64,000 nucleotides of DNA, taken from positions 1,116,001 through 1,180,000 of the forward strand of contig SMSO01000025.1 in NCBI GenBank assembly GCA_004764695.1, in the 5' to 3' direction. The stretch comes from Schizochytrium sp. TIO01 (taxonomy: Eukaryota; Protista; Bigyra: Labyrinthulomycetes). Below are positions 1 to 13,230 of the stretch, piece by piece (the first letter of the stretch is position 1; every line of letters starts with the position of its first letter). The translations under genes were made by a program, and so were the position numbers. The notes under the pieces were generated by a model. That model had not been told where the DNA came from. It saw only the letters and a list, made by a program, of their open reading frames with translations, and ran no database searches.

Positions 1-819
1 TATAACAGAAAGAGAGCAGAAAACAGCAACACGATGCCGTCCGTCCACCTCCTCGCCTGATTTATTATGATTATTAAAAAAAATAGAAACATACTACAGG
101 AATAGTAAATAAACATTATGATTTCATGAAGAAATAAATAAGAAGAGAACAGTACAGTAGACAAATATTTTTGTTTACGCTTTCGTTTTAAATGAGTTTT
201 AAACAGTGTTTCGTTTTTAGTAACAATTTTCTCTCCCCCTCCTTCCATCTGGAGCATGGCGCAGCCCGCGAAAAGTTAAAAGGAAAAAACACCCGCCATG
301 GGATTTCGGACCTGCGACAAAAAGAAAAGAAAACCAAAGAAAGTTAGAACAGGAACATTTTTCCTTTCACCCCCAAAAATAGCCGAAGCCAAACGAGGCC
401 GACTGACACATGAGGCTCGTCCCCCCGAGGGACCAAGAACCGCCTCAGAAAGAACAGAGCGTCAGAGGGAGAAAGAAAGAAGGAAAGAGAGAGAGAAAAG
501 AACACCGCGAGTACTTCTTAAAGGTATGGTAAGGAAGGAATAAAAACAGAGAAAGGAAACATACGAAATGTATGTCTGCCATATATAATAGGGAGCAACT
601 GCATCGAGACCGGCGACGCCTGGCGAGCAAACCCGCAACTCCAGTCAGCGAGCAGCAAGCAAACCCGCAATCGAAGCGCGAACCAGCCAGTAGCCAGCCA
701 GCCAGCCAGCAAGCAAGCAAGCCTGTTAGCTAGTATCGAGAGCACAAACACAGCGCCAAAGCCAAAGACTGGTGGGTTGCCCTACACACGAGAAGAAACG
801 TAAAAACCTCAGATCCAAG

Positions 820-1752
820 ATGGGAGTCAAGCGAGCACGCGTGGAGGCCAGTGAGCGACTCGAGCAGCTGCTTGCGGTCTGCGCAGAAGAACAGGCCCGC
901 CAGGAAGAGGTTCACGTGCAAAAGGTCGCAGAGCAGAAGGACAAGCTCCGCGCTACTCTGGAACAGATCGGCGACCGCGAGCTGACCACAACACAGGCTG
1001 TGTTGGCCATGTCATACAAGGAGCGCGAAGTGGTGTTCCGTGCCGTCCTCGAACGCAACGAGGAGGTTGTTGAGAACATGTTGAAGAACTGTGTCAAGAC
1101 CGGCGAGGCCCTTAAGGACAGCCCCATCGTCGCAACTGTTGTCGGTAGGCAGATGGAATCCATCCGCGCTCTGAGCTGGGTTCTTGTGGCACACCTCGCA
1201 ACCATGTGCGGTATCCTCCGCAGCACCAAGGACGAGGCAGCCTCGCTCCGCCACGTCGCAAACGTTATCAAGGCCGAGATTAAGCGTATGGGTTCTGCCA
1301 AGCTCGTCTTTGATATGCTTCAGATCCTCATCCGTGACCTTGACGCCGCCCTTGCCAAAGCCCAGATTCACCTCCTTGTTGGCACCGTTCAGGACGCCGC
1401 CAAGCGCAGCTTCGGCATCATCAAACGCGGTATTGCATCCGCAGACAATGCTTCCCACGCTGATGATGGACGCTCTGAGGTTTCGGACAAGACTGAGACC
1501 CACGTTACTGACACAGCATCTACAACTTCTTCTGTTTCTGGAGCCGAGAAGCGCCGCGCCAGCGCCATTGAAGGATTCCGTATTAGCCGCCCCGAGCAAC
1601 TCGCCGACCTCCTTAACTGTGTGGAGAGGTCCAAGAAGCGCCAGAGGCAGCGCGAAGTCATCCACGACTTCTCGCTCCCTTCCACAGCTGCGCTCCTCGG
1701 ACGCCTCACGAGGGCCGAGCCTGCTACCGCTGCGGCTCCCGCAACTCCGTAA
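820..1752 (+). CDS. Hypothetical alpha-helical protein (310 aa), no family recognised
   Basis: The first ATG of the 772..1752 ORF is at 820 (MGVKRARVEAS...). Strong C/G-ending codon bias resembles the ADH and SURF6 genes. The N-terminus is charged and helical, the C-terminal third is Ser/Thr-rich, and basic clusters (KRAR, KRR, KKRQR) are present. Confidence 0.8.
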   Translation: MGVKRARVEASERLEQLLAVCAEEQARQEEVHVQKVAEQKDKLRATLEQIGDRELTTTQAVLAMSYKEREVVFRAVLERNEEVVENMLKNCVKTGEALKDSPIVATVVGRQMESIRALSWVLVAHLATMCGILRSTKDEAASLRHVANVIKAEIKRMGSAKLVFDMLQILIRDLDAALAKAQIHLLVGTVQDAAKRSFGIIKRGIASADNASHADDGRSEVSDKTETHVTDTASTTSSVSGAEKRRASAIEGFRISRPEQLADLLNCVERSKKRQRQREVIHDFSLPSTAALLGRLTRAEPATAAAPATP

Positions 1753-3120
1753 ATACAACACACAAGATAGAAATGACAGATGTGATTGAATCAACTACGC
1801 GATGGGCACAGCAGAATGCAGTGCCAAAACGCTCCATCCTTTGCATTGAAATTTCTACATTTTCACTCACACGCTTACAAAGTACTCCTCTCATGTTGCA
1901 TAGTATTCCTTCTCAAGACACTCAGATGTCTCCCCTGTAGCTGACGCTGTTTTCCTTCTCTTTCCTTTGATGATTTGATGTTCACCTGACTAACTGATGA
2001 TGACAATAAAACCAATAAATCCACCGTAGCATATATCTCAACAAATCCCTGTACTCTTTTCCTTCTTGTACTTATCTCCCCCCCAACGAAACCAATAAAA
2101 AAAAATCTCCAAAGCCCAGGTTGAGCCTGCCTGTTGCGCTCCATTCTTCAAGCTTTAGCTAACTAGCATTGGAATAACATCAAAAAATCTAACCCACAGG
2201 AAACTCCAACTCGTTACCTTGCCAGCCAACGAGACACTTCAATTGTGAAGGATGCCGAGCTTCTCTCGCGCATCCTTCACCATTCAAGCAGCAGCTAGCA
2301 AAAGTCTAGCATTCAAATAGTGCCGCACCTACCTGTGACCCTTCACATCGCAGTGCTCGCCCCTGAGCAGCACCTTGCTTCCTCCCCAATCTCAAGGTAC
2401 AAGTAAATCGACTTCCTCTGCTAGTCCAAATCAACCCCTCAATCAATCCTTCCCACAAACCTCCACGACAGCGATGATGCCGAGCGTGCCTTGATGATCA
2501 ACCATTCAGGAACCAGCCAAGGCAAGCAAGCAAGCAAAGCGCTGCTCGAATGACGCATGCATGACGCATAAGTAGGGCTATAAGTAAGTGGCAGCAATTC
2601 TCGCGGATACGCTCGTGTCTTCCTACAACGACAATGCTTCTCAGACCGGTGAGAAAGAAGGCAATTGATGAATGAATTGACTGAGAGGATCGAAAATGCA
2701 ATTTCTTCCTGCTAGCCTGATCCATGATATCCTCGAAGGCTGGCTGCTTCGATTCTGAATTCTGCCTGCTCCAGAACCACCCAGAGAGACCTACCTCTAC
2801 ATAGGTAGGTATGTATGTATACACAACCAAGAAGAACGAGCACCAAGAAGCGAATCAACGAATGAACAAACAAAGACTGAGCTAGCTGGCTGGCTGGCTG
2901 GCTTCCTCATCACTAGTGAGACGGATATCGATATCATCTCTCTGCTTCTTCTGCCATTCATGTGCGTACGTATGTATCTATGTTTCGTGTGTAGATTGCA
3001 ATGTGGAGATGTATGTATATTATATTTATTATGTTATAGGTCCTTCCTTCCTTTCTCCTGCAATCTCTACCAACCGGGACCTGGGTTCGCGGATCTCGGC
3101 CGAGACCCCTCCATCGCGCA

Positions 3121-3184
3121 GACAGACTGACAGACTGACAGACTGACAGACTGACTGACAGACTGACAGACTGACTGACTGACA
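3121..3184. repeat. Compound tetranucleotide microsatellite (GACA/GACT)n
   Basis: Direct read: gacagactgacagactgacagactgacagactgactgacaga...; followed by (GGCTT)n at about 3198-3235. Confidence 0.9.
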
Positions 3185-4132
3185 CGGAGAGCGCCGAGGC
3201 TTGGCTTGGCTTGGCTTGCTTGGTTGCCTGGCTTGGGGTCGCCCGCTCCTACGTTGAAAGTCGCGGCGCTTGGAATGGGCTGACGAATTCACGGATCCTT
3301 ATTATGTTCTTCATTAAGCAGGATGGGAACCAAACACAGAATTTCAAGATGTTTGTTTTTTCTTCAGAAATAACGAAGGCAGCAGGAGCGGCTGCAGGGA
3401 AATCGCGCCTTTGGAGGCGGCTAGATTCCCCGACCTCCTGCGGACTGGCTTGAGTTGACTTGATTCGCTTTTTGGCTCATTCGGTGGACTGGTCGATGAG
3501 TTAGTTATGTTTGTGCGCGACTTCGAAGCGTGGATTTTATTGGTTCTGCCTAGAACAGAGGGAGGCCCCGTTCCGTTCCAGCGGAGAGCAGGAAGTTCCC
3601 AAAGAGAACGCGAAGAGAACAGCGGCAGCCGCGAATCCGTCACCGTCGATGGCTCTGGAGTATCCTGGACGTCCACCCTCCCTCCCTCCCGCCCAAGCAA
3701 GCAAGCAAGCAAGCAAGCAAAAGCTCTTGCTCAAGACGGCGCAAAAGCAGCGGCGGCGGTGGCAAATCTCTCGAAATACGAGGCCGTGCGGGAAGACTCG
3801 ATCGCCAGGCACGCATTTATCTGCGAGCGCGTGCAATCGGTGCATTGCATTTAGGCACAGTTACGATGGCGAATTTACGATGGCAAGATGATTAGTGAAG
3901 ATCTATCTCTACTCGAGACGATGATGACTCTTTCTTTGTCTCGTTCCTCACTCGCTCCCGTCTTTGTCTATCGAGACTGACTGACGTACTTAATCAATCG
4001 CTCGAGATCTGCCTCTGTCTGCACGTATTGGCGATCTCTGCATGGGACTTTGGTGAAACACGAATTGATACGATGGAGTCTTCGAATGCCTTTGCTCTTT
4101 TATGGCGCAGCGTCTATGGGGCAAAGCGGTGC

Positions 4133-4292
4133 TTGATTGTTTGTTTATTTCAAGTTCTTTGTTTGTTTCTAATTGTTTGTTTGTTTCAAGATCTTTGTTT
4201 GTTTCTATTTGCTTGTTTGTTTCTATTTGTTTGTTTGTTTCAAGATCTTTGTTTGTTTCTATTTGCTTGTTTGTTTCTATTTGTTTGTTTGT
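4133..4292. repeat. 18-bp minisatellite (about 9 units) with a 54-bp higher-order duplication
   Basis: Units such as ttgtttgtttctatttgc and ttgtttgtttcaagatct. The minus strand reads TNKQIE-TNKQIE-TNKDLE twice, then TNKQLE-TNKELE-INKQ. Confidence 0.9.
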
Positions 4293-5625
4293 GCAAATCG
4301 ATGAAGCAGCCAACAAACTACCTTGGAACCTCTACCTCGTTCGTTCGATTGGCTCAAGATTGAGAGTGTGTGAATATGAATAAACACGCGGCGTGCGAAA
4401 ACCTCTTGCGAGGTTTGCGTAGAACCTGTGGAGGCCTTTGCTGCTACGGAACTCGACTCGAGTTTCTATCGATCTACGAATCTTGGCCATGATGTCGAAG
4501 CAGCCTGCGTCTTCTTTCTTCAAGTTGCCTGCAGTATCAACTAAGGTAATTAAATTAATTGGTGGGTGGATCTTTGTGTTTACAGGCGTTCTCTCTGATC
4601 CAGATTACCACCTGCCTGCCAATCGATTGTGAGTGCGAGTGATGACTTTCGGGAGAGACGCGGCGCTAACCAAATCGAAGAGCGAATAGTGCTGTTCAGG
4701 ATATTTTCATTGCTTCGTTTAATATCTGCGAGATACATTACATTGTCAGGCACGTTCTCCAAGAATATTGCTATCTTTATCATTTCGTTGAGCTAACCTC
4801 AATTTCAGGTTTGTACAGTTGTTCTCTTTGATTTTTTTAACTTTTTTATTTATTTATTTTTAAATCTACTAGTAAGCCAATTTAAAAAATAAATTAATTT
4901 AAAACTAATAGCTCAATCAAAACTGATTGCGATACTAAAATTTAAAACAGAACACCTTTTAGCTCGAAGATTCATTATCATTTTAAAAACTTTTATAAAA
5001 TAAAAGACTAAAACAAATAATAGATAGATAATAAATTAATGATATCATTTCTTAAAAGGGAGAAAAAATGACTAGAAAAGAACGAACGAGAGGATAGAAA
5101 AGAACATCTGGAAGATTCGGGAAGATAAAAGAGGAAGAGTGAATGGGCACAGTGGTCTCACCGCGAATTACTTTAAAATTTCAACTTCAAACTACAGCAG
5201 AACAGGAACAACAATAGAAGAGAAGTCTTACTTTTACTACCTACGATACAAAACAGGAGATATAAAACCATAGAACTCAGCTTCCACGTTAGGAAGCGAC
5301 CGTCCGCGCTGCTAAAGCTCTCTAAGTGCCCACTGCAGTAAGTATAGCCAGCCACTACTGTAGATCAAATCAAACTTGAACGGGCGGTGTTTTTTCATTG
5401 TACTCTTTTGAGCTGTGAACCGCTGCAGTCCAGATAAAACTACGTGCCCTAAATTTGCCCTCTTCGCACCTGTTTTGAAGCTGCCCATCGCTCACTCACT
5501 CAAGGACTCACATGAATCAGCACCTTCCTCCCCTTGGTTTTGTTATATCTGTTTCGCTCTTCATTCAACTCAATCAATCATTCCTTCAAGCAATTCGAGG
5601 CGCCAGTGTTGTGTTGCTCTTCTAA

Positions 5626-5653
5626 CTAGCTAGCTAGCTAGCTAGCTAGCTAA
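5626..5653. repeat. (TAGC)n self-complementary microsatellite
   Basis: ctagctagctagctagctagctagcta read directly. Confidence 0.9.
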
Positions 5654-8399
5654 CTATATGTTGGATTGCAACTGAACCCTCAACCCAGAAGAAAGTTTTT
5701 TATGTTTTGTTCGAAATTGATTGCTCTTGACAAGTCAGAAAGAGAGAGAGAGCCCTTGAGGTTGCACAGTTTTGGAACAGTAAGCGAGTCGAAGCTTCTC
5801 TACAGGGCCGCCACGATGCAAATCTTGCCTTATTGGAGGCCCTTGCGTTTGCCCTGCGGTGAGAGCAACTCGGGCCTCGAAGATGAGCATGCGTTACGGC
5901 ACGCAGCGGAGCAGATCTTCTTGATCTTCTTCACTCGTACACTCGTAAGTAAAGAAAGAAATCCAACGCTGTTACTATTACTATTGTGTGCTGCCTACCC
6001 TGCTTCTATCTGATGTCACGAAACCTTCTTCTCATGAGAACTGCTGTTTACAAGTTTGCGAAATTACCTCATTATTACTACTATTATTATTATTATTTTA
6101 TTTGTTATTTTGAGAGGAGCCTAGTCGCCGTCATCAAGCTATTGTGGGAGACTACTTCTACTGCTGTCGTAGCGAGCGCTTTCTCGCAACAACAGAGCAA
6201 CGCGGCCTCTTCGAAGCACTGCGTTCTTTTAGAGTAGAGCAGGTCGAATACTCAAAATGCAGTAAACTCCAATGCTTCTGTTTGTTTGATTGATTGCTTG
6301 ATTGAATGAATGAATAAATGAATGAATGAATAAATGATTGATTGATTGATTGAAAATAAGAGGCACGAAGCCGTATCCAAAAGACAGCTTTCAGGCCGGT
6401 TGTTTGGCACGCGAGGCACGCCGAGCTGAGCTTGTATCGAGTTTGATCTCAAAAGGCATCTCCAAAGATCATGACGGTGTTTCTGGGTGGAACACGACAC
6501 AAAGTCCTGTCTGCAGCTTGCAAAAAGAGAAGTAGCAAAGGACTCGGGAAGATCGCCGTCCCTGGCAGCTCGGAAGCCGTCTGCGAGGGCATATTATTAG
6601 CAAGGATAATTAAAATATACAGTATGCGGGCGCTTAGTACTGCCATCGTTTTAGAACAGGAACGAGTGTCCCCAGTGTACGAACTATCGTGGGTTAGTAG
6701 ATTATAATGCAGAGCGGAGGAGAAAAGGAAAACCGGCGCACACTTACAAAATGAGGATGAAAACCTCTGCGACGGTGATCTATCGTCGAAAGAGAACTAA
6801 TAAGCTTCCACGCAAGTAGCGCAGGAGGGCAGGGCTGGTGTCAAGATGATAGATAGACCTCGAGCTGACAGTGGAGAGAAGCAGGCAGGCAGGCACGCAG
6901 GCCCCTTGAGCAGTTTGTGGTTGTCCTCAGCCGGAATTCCCGATGCCGAAAGACTAGATCGCAGTGTCGAAATTAAGAAATTGCGCGCGAAAACGCCAGG
7001 ACTGTGCTGGGACGCTTTGAAAGTGCAACGGAACCCTTAGTAGGTGCATCTGTAGACTGTCTAAAGAGCGCCTCTTGGCCTTGCGAGAGAGGAGACCGCC
7101 ATAATCGGAGCTAATGAAACCATCGGTGGCGCTTGCGAATCTGCAAGCTTGAGCTGGGTAAAGCGATCTTGAAGAGAACAGTAAGCAAATTGCGGACTGG
7201 GCAATGGGGCACGCAGCACATTTGGCAATTCAGTCTGAGAATCGTCTCGGCTCGACATGAACCAAAAGGCTGGACCTGAATAATGGATAAGCACCAGGCA
7301 CTTTGGCGAGGACCAAAATGGCAGATTCACTGGAATCGTGGTTTGGGGGCATGGCAAAAGCTGCGGCCCCGCTGTAGGGGGTGCAGCACAGAGTGGAGCA
7401 CGAACGGATGCGGCACTCGCATGATATAATAGTGCCGAGTTATGCGCCCATCACCCACCTCTCATGCAAGGTTTGAGCACTTGTGAGTAGAAAGTTGAGT
7501 TGCAAGTTTGTAGCTAGCTAGCCCTTCCTGTCTCCAGTAAACTAATTTATTCGGAAGTAAAGCAATTTGAAGAACAAGACTCAAACAGAGAATAGAATAA
7601 ATAAACCACGGAGCTCTTGTTCTGCATCCTGATCGTTGCTACTATTGTATTCATGACCGGGACTATTCAGTAGACTGTTTGCCATTTCTTAAGGCGATGA
7701 GTAGTTTGCCTGTCCTAATTCGAAAGGGAGAACACATTATAAGTGACTTTTTCTTTTCTTTTTTAATAAACAAGGATACAATGCAAAAGCTATGGACTCA
7801 ATGCTCAACTAAAATTCCTGCTTTTCTAAAAGTTTGACCAAAGGGCTTTATTAAATTAAATTGATAAGCAAACCCCTTTGTTGTCGACCATTCCACCAGT
7901 TTTTTGTGTCGTTCTTTCTCCGTCTTAAATACCGTCAATAAAAAACAATGGATCCAAGAACGAATATACGAAGATGTGAAATTTCATTCAGTGATTTCTA
8001 AAGCTCTTGCAGCATTTGAATAATGTAATTTTCCTTTCATACGCTCATTGCATATGCACGCATTTCATACGTAGTCTCTGGTTTGCCAAATAAAGAGTAA
8101 CTTGTTCGATCCAGTTTGTTTTGGTTGATAATTTGGACTTTACTCGATGATAGTCTGTCGTTCTGAACGCAGTTCCTTTTCCGCAAATCCGTGGTATGAA
8201 CAAAATTTGCCACGCAACCAACTCCTTCAGCCTTGAAGAATGAGAGGGGTCTGTTGTTGAATCTCCCCTTGACTGAAAGTTTTCTACCGCTCGCAAGAAA
8301 CATAAAGTATGTTTGGCATTTCGCAGCCACTCAAGTGACTCTTTGCGAGGTCTGCTCTAGAAATCAAAGACTGGTATGTATTAAGTACAATATCAAACA

Positions 8400-9330
8400 T
8401 TTAGAAACAAGATTGGTTGAGCGAAGGAGCCGAGAGTTCATACTCTTTTAAATTAGCGATCTGATAACCTTTTATGTAGACAATTTATGAAAATATGACT
8501 CTACTAGGTTTAAAGCGCTTACGTACACCCCGAGAAGACATGGTTTCATGTAGACCCTCAACACTAATGAGTTTCAATCTTCCACATTTATACGTACACA
8601 CGTGCTGAGATCTCCAATCGAAGAATCTGGTTGACAAGGCATTGCCAGAGTTAAAAGTATTCCAATGTAAGACCTCAAGGATGTAGGACTTACATAGAAA
8701 TAGAACCAGACATAAGACTTGCGTGATTGACAAACCATGAACCAAAACTATGCATACCTTTTCCCCGTAAAATCAAGTGGAGGAATCTGAATTGATGGTT
8801 GCAGAGGCAAGTGCACCTCAATTGATCAATTATTGCAAGCACAATTTTAAGAAAATGCGTCTCAGTCACCTTCTTACAGCACAAACCAGTCTACCTTGAA
8901 ATCAAGAACAACAAATTGCTAACTCTTAAAGTCATAGATTTGTACATGTCGTCTTCGAACCTTCGTTAAGCATCTTGCCTTGATATTCAGAGTCAAACTA
9001 TGGCTAACCAGATTGATCTTTCATCAATACGTCAATTGCGCGTCTAGCCTTTGTATGCAGTAACAAAATCATGCATGTACTCTCAAACTTAGGATTTTTC
9101 AGCTTATGGAGGGGCGTGAGATATTCAATCTATATGTGGGGTTTCAGTATATCCATTTATCAAAGAACAACCTACTCGAAAGCAGGCTATGTCAAGATGT
9201 CATAAAACACACCAATTGAACTTTTAAGATAGTGCACTCGATCGTGCAAACATACAATGATATAGAATATTTAATCCTGTCGCGAAATTATGGATGAAAT
9301 ACTCACGGGGAGCGCAGGATTTCTTGACCT
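8400..9330 (+). pseudogene. Degenerate LRR-like gene relic, copy A
   Basis: Interrupted frames give LRR-like segments: TFVKHLALIFRVKLWLTRLIFHQ, FQYIHLSKNNL, IEYLILSRN. Nucleotide homology to the inverted copies is 33/36 (8862-8897 vs reverse complement of 9468-9503) and 41/50 (8603-8652 vs reverse complement of 10452-10501). Boundaries are approximate. Confidence 0.6.
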
Positions 9331-9339
9331 ACTTATGGT

Positions 9340-10620
9340 AGGCCTAGTGCTGGAAGATGAATCAGGGCGGCTAGCGCCTCACTAGAACATGAAGGTGAAA
9401 GGCTCGCCGAAGGATTCGCAGAACTTTGGCTAGAGCTAGCGATATGCTGTCCTTGGAATTCAATGTTAAGGTAGACTGGTTTATGCTTTAAGAAGGCGAC
9501 TGAAACAGACTTTATCTCTGTCATACATAATTAAAGAGATTCTGTTAACTCATTTCTTCAATCTTAGAGTTGTATATTTGTTATACTGAACACGTTTGTG
9601 CACATCAATTCCTTGGTGACTACGCCTTCTCTATCGCCCATCTGACCATCTAGCTCTAAGACTATGTGAAGCATTAAGTTATTTTGACTTACCACAGATC
9701 CCTTCCATTGAGGATCTTACTATATATGTTCAAAATATGATCATGACTGCATGCTCACGGCACAGCTTTTATAGCCTGAGTCCGATAATTAACTTCCAAA
9801 ACTAGAGCAAAAACACGTATCCAGTTTAATCTCATTAGATACTGACCAAAACGATGAATTCAACCAGGGTAGTGCAGGATTCCTCTGGTACTTCCTCAAT
9901 TTACATCCAACCAAAGTGTCATATCTAAATATGTGAACAATTGGAGGACCATGCTAAAGTTACATAAAAAGTCCTTGCCAACCCCTTTAAATATACAATC
10001 AAATTAGAGATATCAAGCACATGCAAAAAAAGTTTTCTAATTGATGGCTTTCATATCTTAAGTGGGTGGATATGTAATCCTCATATGCTGAAAGATGATT
10101 CCGGTCAGCTTGAGGTTGACTGAAAAGATGAAGACAAGGGTCTTGATGAAGGCTTTAAGAAGGTTTATTTAAGAGCTAGCGAACTGCTGTCCTGGAGAAT
10201 GAACTCTAGGACAGATAGATTCATGTACTAATTAAGAAGGTTTAAAATTCTTGAAAGGTGTTAGAGATAATCGATGGGGTTAGGTTAATTTAACCTCTAC
10301 AACCATCGATTTAAGTTACACCATGCTTGGATGTAGGTAATTTGTATTCACAATTATGATTTTTGACTCCGGCATTTACATGAATCTGGCTGTTTATTCT
10401 TGCTCTATTGTAAACCCTGTGTCTAATGGGGTTTCATAAAGGGACGCCAAGAACTCCAGCAATGTCTTGTCCACTAGTTCCTTCGATTGAAGATATCAGC
10501 AGTATAATTCCCCTCAACGCTTTTGACACCATATATCTTTGCAAACATCTCATTCAATAAACGTCAACTGTCAGTATTGCCATCCCATTTTAAAAGAAAT
10601 GCAATGAACCATCCCTTTGT
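9340..10620 (-). pseudogene. Degenerate LRR-like gene relic, two tandem units (C about 10070-10620, B about 9340-9930)
   Basis: Minus-strand fragments with stops and frameshifts: NLSVLEFILQDS, AFIKTLVFIFSVNLKLTGIIFQH, LHVLDISNL, LELDGQMGDREG, NSKIEEMS. Both units align to copy A. Confidence 0.6.
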
Positions 10621-11735
10621 CATCTTTTATTTGATTAAATGTTCGTTTTCCAATTAAACTTTCTCATTTGAAAAAAATGTATTTATGGGTTTATATTTGC
10701 TCATTCAAGTTTAAGTTATGGCTGTGAATATGGACAGCGAAACCACTGTACAATTTATATCGTTCGCCCTGGTTCCTCCTCTGCAGAATTTGCAATGAAT
10801 TCAAATGCCAGTTTCATGTGACTTTCAATACCTGTTTTCAAATTGCATCAGGCTAAAACAAATCTTTTCAGGCTATCGTAGAATCCATTCTCGGGTATGC
10901 AGCCTTGTGGATACTCCGTGCTAGCAAAGAAGTCTTTGTGAGGGTATGCAACGCACCTTAACTTGAGATCCGCTTGTTCTTATATTTTGCTGATTTTTTT
11001 TACGTCGACTGTATAGTGCAATTTTAAATATGTTCAGAGAAGGAGAAAGACTACAAGGACACACAGAAATGATGTACATATTCTAGCGAGCTGACACATG
11101 AGAATTAGTCTCTATTGCACTAAATCTATTTACTCTCAGCCCAGCTCTGTCCTGAAGTCATAGCAAGAATCATAGTGAGAAGCACAAAAACATATGCGAA
11201 GTTGCAACAAATGTAGAAAAAAGTTTTTAAAACTGTCCAAATTGATCCCAAATTGATCCGAATTCGCCCGAATAGCTGGACAACAACCAAGAGGAGAAGA
11301 ACATGCTCTTTTACTTCATGTGAGCGACTTCAGGACTATCTAAATGACATTAGTCTTCTGTGATTTGATATTGCTTCCCTGTAAGCCTGAAGCATATTTT
11401 TTATTTTTTCTTCCAACAACTGAGTTTCCTATGTGAAACATAGGGAAAGCATAGTACTTACTGTACACTGAAGCAAATAAAAATGATAAAATGAAAGGAC
11501 AAAGCAAAGAGACTTGACAAACATCGGTTTATTACTCTTGTAGTTGAGGTAAAGTAAAAAAAGTTTTATGTTTCGTAGTTGCATGTGACTTTGCTTCTAC
11601 ATATGCCTGCCAAAGGTGTTCATGCATTTTGTGTATGGTATTGATACGCCAGAGACAGAGCAGGTGTGGTCAGGGACGGAAGGGGTTGCATATATCTAGA
11701 TGGGCGACGATAAGTGCTTAAAGTCAGATTGACAT

Positions 11736-13160
<1,425 letters not shown>

Positions 13161-13181
13161 TCAAATCTGATTCTCTAACAA

Positions 13182-13190
<9 letters not shown>

Positions 13191-13214
<24 letters not shown>

Positions 13215-13230
13215 CCTCTCTCTCTCTCTC
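13191..13230. repeat. (CT)n microsatellite upstream of the ADH gene
   Basis: tctctctc... run with one interruption, read directly. Confidence 0.9.

Noticed and set aside
6615-6720. VCG...ECPQC zinc-finger-like fragment
   Set aside because: Too short and stop-interrupted to support a call.
8037-8330. Minus-strand ORF with superficial PH-domain look
   Set aside because: It lacks the PH C-terminal Trp helix and abuts the plus-strand LRR-like relic, so it is more likely an antisense shadow.
11428-11444. CCTATGT-GAA-ACATAGG hairpin downstream of ADH
   Set aside because: A 7-bp stem is expected by chance; no supporting context.
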